Shown here: positions 1 to 8,588 of the stretch, piece after piece
Position numbering within the stretch: the stretch's first letter is position 1
How the letters are laid out: each line of letters begins with the position of its first letter
Assembly (NCBI GenBank): GCA_018266755.1
Contig: JAFDZW010000002.1
Coordinates: forward strand, 289,166-353,165
DNA from: Bacteroidota bacterium
Lineage (GTDB): Bacteria > Bacteroidota > Ignavibacteria > Palsa-1295
Reading direction: 5' to 3'
Length of the DNA: 64,000 nucleotides
The notes under the pieces: generated by a model
What the model saw: only the letters and a program-made list of their open reading frames with translations
What the model was told of the DNA's origin: nothing
Databases searched by the model: none
Translations under genes and position numbers: made by a program

Positions 1-645
<645 letters not shown>

Positions 646-1471
646 AAAACGTTCATAATACAGATAGCAGGCGACGCCTTTTGCAAAGCGCCTCACTACT
701 TTAGTGCATCACTACAGTGTTCGGTACCGAAGTCGCCGATCGGCATTGCCGCTTTCGCTGCACTGCGTTTCAACTACTTCGTTACTTGCTTGGGGACTAA
801 CTGACATTCTCACGATTACTCATGAGATCATCAATCAGCCTTATGTCTATGCTCGATACTTGCGGTCATGATCTCCTTCGTCATTGCTGACAAATTCAAC
901 CATGTCCATTATCTTATACTTAAGTTATCTCATTCGCGGTTCTGGCCTATTCGACTGGGCTTTCGCTTACTTCGAATCGATCAGAATTTCACCGCTTCGC
1001 TTGTCAAAGAACTTTCCCTTTTGTCAAGGGGACGGTATAACGCCTCTGTACTCCCGCGTAGTTCCGAATCGTCCACAAATTTCTTTAAAAAATCGTAAAC
1101 CTGCCCGTATTTAGCCTATTTCTACCCCGCCCTCACCGCCCCTGAAACCCTTATCTGACGCGGCTTTCAGCCATTTTTAGGGTGTGTCCTGAAAAAACTT
1201 CAAATTATCGGAATATTTTTTGAGAACTCGGCAATTTCCGTGCCGAACCCTGCAAACCCATACGAAAGAACCAGTTCCGAACGGCCCCAAGAGGCAACCT
1301 TGGCGCAATTTAAAGGGAGGAGTGTTGAAAAATGTGGAAAAGAGGGTGGGCGAAGGCCTCTAATCTTCGACTGTGAGGCGAAGATCAGCGTTTATCGACC
1401 TCCCTGGTTTGTGCTCGAATTCAAATGTAGCTCGGTGGTATCTGCTAAACAGCAAATCGAACGGATTCTCC

Positions 1472-2512
1472 TCAAGGCATAAGTGTTGTACCTAGGAGTC
1501 TTCTGTCGCTAGTCTGCAAAACGACAAATAGAGGAGAGCGCCGCCCCCCTGATAGACTGATGTGGATTTGGGAATGCTCGTCTACCGAACAAGAGCCGCA
1601 ATCAATCGCAACTCCTCTGAGATCGTAGATCGAGTAGGACAGGGCTTCACAGATACTTGCGCTTGGCAGATTTATGAGACCGCCGTCAATGCTGAATCCG
1701 TAGTTCGATGTTAGAATCACTTGCACTCGCTGAGAGGCTGAGAATGTCTTGGCTTCAAGACTTTCGGGAACGTGAACGATGCTCAACCTAGCTAGATCGT
1801 CCCATTTCTGTATCCCAAGATACTCCCCGTCCTCATGAGATTCCTTCATTGCTCCATCTGCGTTAAATGGAAGTGTCTGGAAGACCGGGGGAGGATAGAT
1901 GCGATCTTTTCCGAGTGAATTGCCGTGTAATGTGAACTCCAACCGCTCGAGCCTTAGCTGGGCAACATTCACATAACCTTTGCACGAGAAAGACTTGAGT
2001 ACTGATATCGAGGTATCAACCCAATTGCATGTGTCAGAGAAATTGTCGACGCGCACGCTGGACACTTTTGAGATCTCAAACGGGATGACGCTACGAGGTC
2101 CAGTAGCTGCAGAAAGATCAGTGCGCCAGGAACAGCCCCAAACAGTCTCGCCCACGTTCTGGAATCCTATGCCGGGCGACGTCATCGCGAACTGCTGGCT
2201 ATTGATGTAGAGGTGGAAAGCACTGAGCATTCTCGTATCGGGTTGGCCTGTCCCATTTGAGACAGAAACCAATCCTGATGAATACATCCCGCTATCACGG
2301 ATATTGCACACGACAAGTGTATCACTCCACGACACCGTCCCTAGTACACTATCTTCTATCCTGACCACACCTGGAGTATCCCCAAATGAACCGACTATCC
2401 AGAGATGTGACTGCGCCTCGTCAACTTGGAGATAACTGATCCTCGGTGGCTGGGCGAACACTATTCCGCTATGCATGAGGAGAATTCCGGCGATCTGTAG
2501 TATGTGCTTCAT
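1472..2512 (-). CDS. hypothetical secreted protein, possibly with a T9SS-type C-terminal domain
   Basis: ORF 1472..2563. An internal start MKHILQIAGILLMHSGIVFAQ gives a signal peptide. The C-terminus (LSYSIYDLRGVAI...IHISL...LFVVLQTSDRRL) loosely resembles a Por sorting tail. I recognised no family. Confidence 0.6.
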   Translation of the reverse strand: MKHILQIAGILLMHSGIVFAQPPRISYLQVDEAQSHLWIVGSFGDTPGVVRIEDSVLGTVSWSDTLVVCNIRDSGMYSSGLVSVSNGTGQPDTRMLSAFHLYINSQQFAMTSPGIGFQNVGETVWGCSWRTDLSAATGPRSVIPFEISKVSSVRVDNFSDTCNWVDTSISVLKSFSCKGYVNVAQLRLERLEFTLHGNSLGKDRIYPPPVFQTLPFNADGAMKESHEDGEYLGIQKWDDLARLSIVHVPESLEAKTFSASQRVQVILTSNYGFSIDGGLINLPSASICEALSYSIYDLRGVAIDCGSCSVDEHSQIHISLSGGRRSPLFVVLQTSDRRLLGTTLMP

Positions 2513-2603
2513 CTGCATTTGTGGACGATCATGACAAACATACGACACGCACATTGATACCATACTCAGGGCAAAAGAAAATGACCGTTCCCCTCTGCGT
2601 CTC

Positions 2604-3818
2604 TCAGTCGTATCGCAACGCTTCGATCGGGTCGAGTTTGGCGGCTTTGCGGGCCGGATAAAAGCCGAACAGTAGCCCCACAGCCGTCGAAGCGAAGAAC
2701 GAAAGGAGGATTGCTGACGGTGAAATCAATAGAATCCAGCCATTACTTTGTGCAAGGAGATAGCTTGCACCCACACCGGCACCGATCCCGATGAACCCTC
2801 CGAGGAGGCTCAGCGTCAGCGCTTCCGTGATGAATTGCATCATGATCGAAAACGGCTTCGCGCCGATGGATTTGCGGATACCGATCTCGCGGGTGCGTTC
2901 GGTTACACTCACAAGCATGATGTTCATGATCCCGATGCCACCGACAAGCAACGCGACGATTGCGGCATAGCGCAACAGATCGGTCAGTGTCTGATTGCTT
3001 GCCGCCGCAGCCTGCGCAATCTCGACCTGCGAACGAATACGGAAATCGTCGCCCTTCCCGGTGAGCCGATGTTGGATGCGGAGCATGTCCGTGATATCCG
3101 CGATCGCCGCATCGGTCACGGCGCTCGACGACGTGGTCACAAAAATATCGTTCAGCCAGGTAGTGCCCATGATGCGCTTCTGGACGGTCGATAACGGGCC
3201 GATGATCAGATCGTCCTGATCGAAGCCGTTTGCATTAAATCCTTTCGATTGCAGCACGCCGACGACCGTCAACGGCACGCCGGCAACACGGACTTCTTGC
3301 CCTACTGCGTGATCTGCATCCGCAAAGAGCTGCGTTGCAACGGTCGAACCGAGCACACACACTTTTTTCGAACCGGCGACATCCTGATCGGAAAAGAGCG
3401 ACCCGACGTCGATCGTATAGTTGCGGATGCCGACGCATTTCGGCGTCGTGCCGATAATGCGGGTGTTCCAATTCTGATTCGAACCGATGGCCTGCACTCT
3501 GCCGTCCACCGACGGCTCGACCGCCGAAAGAAATGTCGAGCGTTTGAGCACCTCCGCATCTCGCTCGGTTAAATTAATATTGGCAGTGGAGGAAAAGCCG
3601 TTACGCTGGCTGGGCGCCGGATCGATCTGCAGCAAATTCGTACCCATCGAGTTGATCCGGTCTGCAATCTGCCGGGCTGCACCTTGCCCGATCGCATTCA
3701 AAGCGATGACCGATGCCACGCCGATGATAATGCCGAGCATCGTCAGCAGTGCGCGCGTCTTGTTCGACGCAAGCGCTGCCAGCGCCATGGAGATACTGTT
3801 GATCAGTTGCGTGAGCAT
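2604..3818 (-). CDS. ABC transporter permease, MacB/FtsX family
   Basis: N-terminus ALAALASNKTRALLTMLGIIIGVASVIA, a large periplasmic loop, and a C-terminal FtsX block ERTREIGIRKSIGAKPFSIMMQFITEA...LFGFYPARKAAKLDPIEALRY. No ATPase partner is adjacent. Confidence 0.87.
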   Translation of the reverse strand: MLTQLINSISMALAALASNKTRALLTMLGIIIGVASVIALNAIGQGAARQIADRINSMGTNLLQIDPAPSQRNGFSSTANINLTERDAEVLKRSTFLSAVEPSVDGRVQAIGSNQNWNTRIIGTTPKCVGIRNYTIDVGSLFSDQDVAGSKKVCVLGSTVATQLFADADHAVGQEVRVAGVPLTVVGVLQSKGFNANGFDQDDLIIGPLSTVQKRIMGTTWLNDIFVTTSSSAVTDAAIADITDMLRIQHRLTGKGDDFRIRSQVEIAQAAAASNQTLTDLLRYAAIVALLVGGIGIMNIMLVSVTERTREIGIRKSIGAKPFSIMMQFITEALTLSLLGGFIGIGAGVGASYLLAQSNGWILLISPSAILLSFFASTAVGLLFGFYPARKAAKLDPIEALRYD

Positions 3819-3863
3819 GCGTCGTCTGTAAACGTAATTGACTCTCGTGCGCTTATACCACTC

Positions 3864-4298
3864 CTACGACAACTGAAGATAATGGGGGTGGGCGCTGAGA
3901 TCCACTGCGAGCGAGCCGCCTGAAAATGACTGCACCTCCGGATATATTACAAGCGTGAGATTCAGTTGCCCAAGCGACCGCGTGATCGAATCGAATAAAT
4001 GCGCCAGTTGCGACTGTGAGGAAGACGAGCGGAGCGTCAATGCGATTGCTGACGACGTAGATGTACCATTGACCTGCAACCGGTACGTTGGCGAGGTTCC
4101 GAGCGTGTCGGACATCCACATCAGGTTCTGGATGCTGTAGGCGTGATTAACTCCGTCTTTCGTGATGACTGTAAGTTTTCTGTCCATCTGCGTTGATACT
4201 GATACAGGTATATGCTTCGTCGGAACGGGTGGGGATGTCCCGTTATGGGTCGTATCTCGTTCTGAATGTATTGAACGATAGTCTTTCAGGGGGTACAT
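3864..4298 (-). CDS. hypothetical Ser/Thr-rich protein (weak call)
   Basis: This is the only sizeable ORF in the 3819-4400 gap and is co-oriented with its neighbours. It has no recognisable motif, and the start is uncertain (an internal MDRKLTVITKDG is possible). Confidence 0.3.
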   Translation of the reverse strand: MYPLKDYRSIHSERDTTHNGTSPPVPTKHIPVSVSTQMDRKLTVITKDGVNHAYSIQNLMWMSDTLGTSPTYRLQVNGTSTSSAIALTLRSSSSQSQLAHLFDSITRSLGQLNLTLVIYPEVQSFSGGSLAVDLSAHPHYLQLS

Positions 4299-4401
4299 AC
4301 TGAACCATCCGCTCAGTAAGGTATTTCTCGCGAGTCACGACTCGTTACCACAGATACGAACCGAGGAAGAAAGAGTATCGTCGCTTCAAAAAAATTTCAC
4401 C

Positions 4402-4431
4402 AAAAAAAACAAGGCGGCACAGAGCCGCCTT
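4402..4431 (-). terminator. rho-independent terminator downstream of the M4 protease gene and repeat copy A1
   Basis: The minus strand reads AAGGCGGC-tctgtg-CCGCCTT followed by GTTTTTTTTGG. Confidence 0.8.
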
Positions 4432-4465
4432 GTAACGAATCGTTGGGATCAGATTCGGTCGGTAG

Positions 4466-4605
4466 TGGCTCAGTTTGAAACGGTGTACGATCCTGTCATT
4501 CTGAGCGAAGCGAAGAATCCCTTGATGAAACCCTGTGAGGCTCCGCCAAAGGGATTCTTCGCTTCGCTCAGAATGACGATTGGAATACAGTCAACTCTGA
4601 ACCAC
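4466..4605. repeat. palindromic element family A, copy 1 (core 4495-4577 plus outer inverted arms)
   Basis: Core GTCATTCTGAGCGAAGCGAAGAATCCCTT...AAGGGATTCTTCGCTTCGCTCAGAATGAC. Outer arms are GTGGCTCAGTTTGAAACGGTGTA (left) and TACAGTCAACTCTGAACCAC (right, imperfect complement). Confidence 0.9.
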
Positions 4606-4617
4606 AACTATGTTGGG

Positions 4618-7600
4618 TCACTCCAATATTACTTTGAAGACCTCTTGGCCTTCCGCTGCTCGTACGCGGACAAAATAGGTGCCGGCCGCCAGGTTCGACC
4701 GGTCGAACCGAACGGCGTTCGCGCCTTCGCCGAACAACTGCGATGCAATCGAGCGAACACTGACTCCGAAGACATTGACGAGATCGACCGAAGCAACGCC
4801 TGCGGTCTTCTGAGTCCAGGTGATCGTCGCTTCGCGCTCGATGACGCTTGGTGTTGAGCGAAGTGCAAATTGTGAAACAGACTGCTGCTTGACATCCGCC
4901 GAGCCGCCATACAAAAACCAATATGGTTTGTGCAGTGCGAACGGGTATTGCAGGAATGTGATCTGCGAATTGCTATTGAGGAACATGAGCGAGTTGTTCT
5001 CGGCGCTGCTCCATGTAAGGAATGCATCGTCGGGCGAGAATGTCGGCCGGTCGCCATCGACAACCGCATTGCCGCCGATGGTTGCCGTTGTCGGCAGGTT
5101 GAGCGAACCGATCTGATTATTATCGAAGTCGGCGATGACGACATCCTCATCTCCGAGCGGATCGATGGAGTTGAATGCAACGAAGCCGGGATTTGTCGAG
5201 CTATAGGAGATATTTCCGATGTCGTAGCCGTATGGCTGTGATGGGACAAGGTTCGTGATCGTATATGCTCCCGTGCCGAAGAGCATCTCATAAATCGACC
5301 AATACCCGTATGTCGAACCGTTGACCTGTGCTTCCGAAAAACAGTCGAACGATAATTTAGGGTATTTGGCATTCGGACTCCAACTGATGACATCCGGATA
5401 GTCGATCGCGGAGACCGTGGTGTTATCCGCGGCAATCTCCAGCGGGAAGCGGCTCACGACCGAACCGTCGAAGATGTAGATATTCGGATCTTTCGCATAG
5501 GCCGACGAAAGTGCGACCACCGACTCATCGGGTGCAACGGCGACATTCCACAAATCGCCGTCGGATTGAATATGCACAGTTGAGAACGAGTGAACCGTAC
5601 CGACACTATCGGTGAAACACAGATGGCCGTTCGGGTCGATGAACCAGATCGTCTTCCCGTCTCGCGGAGTCGTCAGGACCGAGCGGCTTGCACCGCCGTC
5701 CGAGACACGAGCGACTGCCGCAGCGCTATTGAAGAGCGAAGCGTTGCCGGAAGCGACATCGACAAAGCCGATCTGACCACTGGTCGTTTCGAATGCGATG
5801 TAGTTCGAGCCTCCGGTTTGCGGCTGGAGCTTGTCATCCGTCCCGCCTCCGCCACCTCCGTTATCGAAGATCTGAACCTGGTCGAATGCATTCTTTACCG
5901 CATTCACCTCCGTCCCGCTCGCACCGAAGAGGTCGGTCGCAGCACTGACAAGCGAGCGGCGTGCATCGAGAAATTGCGCATCACGCGTGAGGTACTTCGT
6001 GAGGGCACGATAATAGATTTTCTGCGATTTATCCCGGCCGATCGCCTGAATAATAATCGCGGCAGCATGGTTCGGAATGCCGCTGTTAATATGCACCCCG
6101 CCATTATCGCTATTGAGATCGAGCTGTTGGAATTCTGACATCGTTGCCGGTTGATCGGACAACGCCTGTGCACTGTGCGGGTTTGCCAGATCGCGCAAAC
6201 ATGTCTTCCCGGTGGACGCAAGCATCACCTGCTCGCCGACCGTCAGATTCGATGGATCGATCATGACCCCAAATACATCCGACATCGACTCGTTGAGTGC
6301 GCCCGATTGATACTGATAGACGAGATTCGCCGAGTTCTCGGTCACCCCATGCGTCATCTCATGGCCCGCAACATCGAGTCCGCCGGCAAGCGGTTTGAAC
6401 TCGTTCTTGCCGTCGCCGTAGACCATGATCTTGTCACCGCCGTTCCAATAGGCATTATCCATTCCTTCGCCATTGCTCGTGACGTGGATGATCGAATTGA
6501 TCACTCCATTTTTGTCGTCGATCGCATTGCGCGAGAACGTGGAGTGATAATAGTTATATGCAACGCTCGTATTATAGTGAGCCGAGACAGCAGTTGCATC
6601 CTGCCACGAGTTGTTCGATGTTACGTTGTGATAGATGGTCGCATTTTGCGCGTAATCTGCACTGCGCAGGTTCAGCGTCAAGGCGCCGCCGCTGGGCTGA
6701 TCGGGCAGCTTTGATGCCCCGACATTCAGACTCGGCAGATCCCAGATCATGTAGTAATTCCCATCATCATGATGGTACGTCCGGAAGTTGCGCGTGACGC
6801 CGTTGAGGTCGGTACCGCTCGCATCGGTGAACGATCCTTCCGGCATCGACAAGGGGCGGTTGCTGGAGAGTGCCAATGACGGGAATGTCACTCGCGGAGG
6901 CGTTGCATGCTCCGGTAGCAGGCTACAGAAATGATCGAAGCGCTCGATGATCTCCCCCGTCGTTGCATCGATGATATAGTAGTAGGATTGCAGAATATTC
7001 GCGACAACCGATACTTCGTATGCCAATCGCGGCGCACGACCTTCAACCGGAAAGAGTACGAGTGTCGCCGTCGGATAACTCGAAGATGCAAGCACGGACG
7101 AGTTGCCGGATACCGACGCCCACTCGCCTTTTGCTTGCAGGTCGGCAATGGCAAGCACTTCGGCTGCTTCCGCACGCAATCCCGGTACCGTGTTCACACC
7201 GCGCGGAGTCGGCTCATAGGTCCCGTTGATGATCGTTGCCTCGCCTTGTGCGTCGAAGTGCACATAGATGTCGCGGTTCCATACCGGGACACTATTATAA
7301 TACTGTGCGAAACGAACGTGCTCCTGTCCGAGCTCGTCGCGGGTGTCGCCGATCTGGCGCAGTTCGGTCGCAGGATCGTCGAGACGCAGGTATTCTTTCA
7401 CGTTCTGCAACACCGAGATCGCCGATGGCTTGGAAATCGATTGTGTTGTGGGTGCACTGGTTTTCGTACGAGCATGCCACATCCAATTTGCAGTGCCGTT
7501 CGCGGCGCGTGCCATACGCCATACCTCGATTGGGGTGTGGTGTTGTGAGGGGACTGGGTCTATCGTCCCGCTCGCGATCGGTGCGACGATCTCCTTCGGT

Positions 7601-7815
7601 ACGGTAGTAATGATATCGGCAGCCTCTCGAAGCTTTTTCGATCCGCGACGCTGGTCGATATATTGCTTGAGGTTTGAGATGGTCGGGATCTTCGAGACCT
7701 CCAACCCTTTCAATGTACGAGGGTCCTTGTGCATGCGCTCTTGCGCATGTGCCGGGGATAGAATAACGGCCACGAGCGATAGGCCGATCGCATTGTGAAT
7801 GATCGTTCTTACCAT
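4618..7815 (-). CDS. secreted M4 (thermolysin-family) zinc metalloprotease with a C-terminal beta-propeller-like region and T9SS sorting domain
   Basis: HEMTHGV (HExxH), GALNESMSDVFG (third zinc-ligand Glu) and GGVHINSGIPNHA motifs. Signal peptide MVRTIIHNAIGLSLVAVILSPAHAQ, with AGGAGA upstream of the ATG at 7815. A poly-Gly linker NGGGGGGTDD is followed by a TolB/PD40-like segment, and the C-terminus reads LVNVFGVSVRS...LAAGTYFVRVRAAEGQEVFKVILE. Confidence 0.92.
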   Translation of the reverse strand: MVRTIIHNAIGLSLVAVILSPAHAQERMHKDPRTLKGLEVSKIPTISNLKQYIDQRRGSKKLREAADIITTVPKEIVAPIASGTIDPVPSQHHTPIEVWRMARAANGTANWMWHARTKTSAPTTQSISKPSAISVLQNVKEYLRLDDPATELRQIGDTRDELGQEHVRFAQYYNSVPVWNRDIYVHFDAQGEATIINGTYEPTPRGVNTVPGLRAEAAEVLAIADLQAKGEWASVSGNSSVLASSSYPTATLVLFPVEGRAPRLAYEVSVVANILQSYYYIIDATTGEIIERFDHFCSLLPEHATPPRVTFPSLALSSNRPLSMPEGSFTDASGTDLNGVTRNFRTYHHDDGNYYMIWDLPSLNVGASKLPDQPSGGALTLNLRSADYAQNATIYHNVTSNNSWQDATAVSAHYNTSVAYNYYHSTFSRNAIDDKNGVINSIIHVTSNGEGMDNAYWNGGDKIMVYGDGKNEFKPLAGGLDVAGHEMTHGVTENSANLVYQYQSGALNESMSDVFGVMIDPSNLTVGEQVMLASTGKTCLRDLANPHSAQALSDQPATMSEFQQLDLNSDNGGVHINSGIPNHAAAIIIQAIGRDKSQKIYYRALTKYLTRDAQFLDARRSLVSAATDLFGASGTEVNAVKNAFDQVQIFDNGGGGGGTDDKLQPQTGGSNYIAFETTSGQIGFVDVASGNASLFNSAAAVARVSDGGASRSVLTTPRDGKTIWFIDPNGHLCFTDSVGTVHSFSTVHIQSDGDLWNVAVAPDESVVALSSAYAKDPNIYIFDGSVVSRFPLEIAADNTTVSAIDYPDVISWSPNAKYPKLSFDCFSEAQVNGSTYGYWSIYEMLFGTGAYTITNLVPSQPYGYDIGNISYSSTNPGFVAFNSIDPLGDEDVVIADFDNNQIGSLNLPTTATIGGNAVVDGDRPTFSPDDAFLTWSSAENNSLMFLNSNSQITFLQYPFALHKPYWFLYGGSADVKQQSVSQFALRSTPSVIEREATITWTQKTAGVASVDLVNVFGVSVRSIASQLFGEGANAVRFDRSNLAAGTYFVRVRAAEGQEVFKVILE

Positions 7816-7849
7816 GCTATGTTCTCCTGTTGATGCGAAACGGTGGATG

Positions 7850-8299
7850 CTACGGGTGCAGTTGTCGCGAGACATACATCATGACCAGCCGGTAGAATAC
7901 GGAAAGCTCCGGCGGGCCTCCTTCCGGGCTATCAGCCCAAGAGAGTCGATGTGGGCTCGGCAACGAGTGCTCGACAAAAAAAGTCATGTTCCCACTCTTG
8001 TCATACTGTAGACCGGTGAAACCGATCTCGTCAAGGTAGCGGAAAAAGAATTCAACGGAATCCGGGGTCGTCATTGACCGTGCAAGCACCGAATCTTTTG
8101 CTGTGGCAGTAGAACGCATCCACGACGCAACTTCACCGGTACGGGTAATACGAAATCCTGAATACGCACCGCTGAATCCGCCCCCATTCCCAATCGTGAT
8201 AATATCGTTCGGGTCTGGCTTTGAGGATTTGCCACCGGCACATCCGATGACGGCAGTTGCAACAAGACAGGTGAGGAAAATAAATGTGTTCTTCTTCAT
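7850..8299 (-). CDS. hypothetical lipoprotein located immediately upstream of the M4 protease
   Basis: MKKNTFIFLTCLVATAVIGC lipobox at the internal start 8299. It sits 34 nt upstream of the M4 protease start on the same strand. It contains the motif GNGGGFSGAYSGFRITRTGEV. Confidence 0.7.
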   Translation of the reverse strand: MKKNTFIFLTCLVATAVIGCAGGKSSKPDPNDIITIGNGGGFSGAYSGFRITRTGEVASWMRSTATAKDSVLARSMTTPDSVEFFFRYLDEIGFTGLQYDKSGNMTFFVEHSLPSPHRLSWADSPEGGPPELSVFYRLVMMYVSRQLHP

Positions 8300-8588
8300 T
8301 ATGTTCAAATCTGATCTATCACAAATATATGAAGATTCTACCGAATGTGATAGAGCCGAATGTTGAGTTCGCACTTCTACGGGGACCGGAAAAAGTGTTT
8401 CGTTCGTTATGGTGGTAAAAAGTGGAAAATAGTGGAATTATCCTGAATTATTGTCGTTTTCTCACCAGAAGCGCCAGATTGACGAACGGGTAGGTCCAAT
8501 CCTGTATGAACAAGAATTCACAGAGGTTGGTGTTACCCATTCTTCGTTCGGGCGTAATTGAAGCAGTATTGTTCATTCATTTCACCCC

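Noticed and set aside
1001-1029. Two direct cTTGACAa boxes (read on the minus strand), considered as tandem rRNA promoters.
   Set aside because: I found no convincing -10 (TATAAT-like) element 16-18 nt downstream of either box. The promoter call is too weak to list as a feature.
646-1471. I searched the 23S upstream leader for tRNA-Ile/tRNA-Ala, a 16S 3' end, or small ORFs (868..1098, 884..1114, 1240..1482).
   Set aside because: I could fold no cloverleaf-compatible sequence (no GGTTCGAnnCC-type T-arm complement). No anti-SD 16S terminus is present. The ORFs have no RBS or coding-like composition. A covariance-model scan would be decisive.
4465-4857. ORFs that read through palindromic elements (also 11192..11911, 16158..16940, 16798..17046, 21029..21241, 22046..22318, 46387..46704, 55281..55997), giving peptides such as ILSEAKNPLMK and HSERSEESL.
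   Set aside because: The apparent conservation is DNA-level repeat conservation on both strands. The ORFs differ in frame and extent between copies and overlap real genes.
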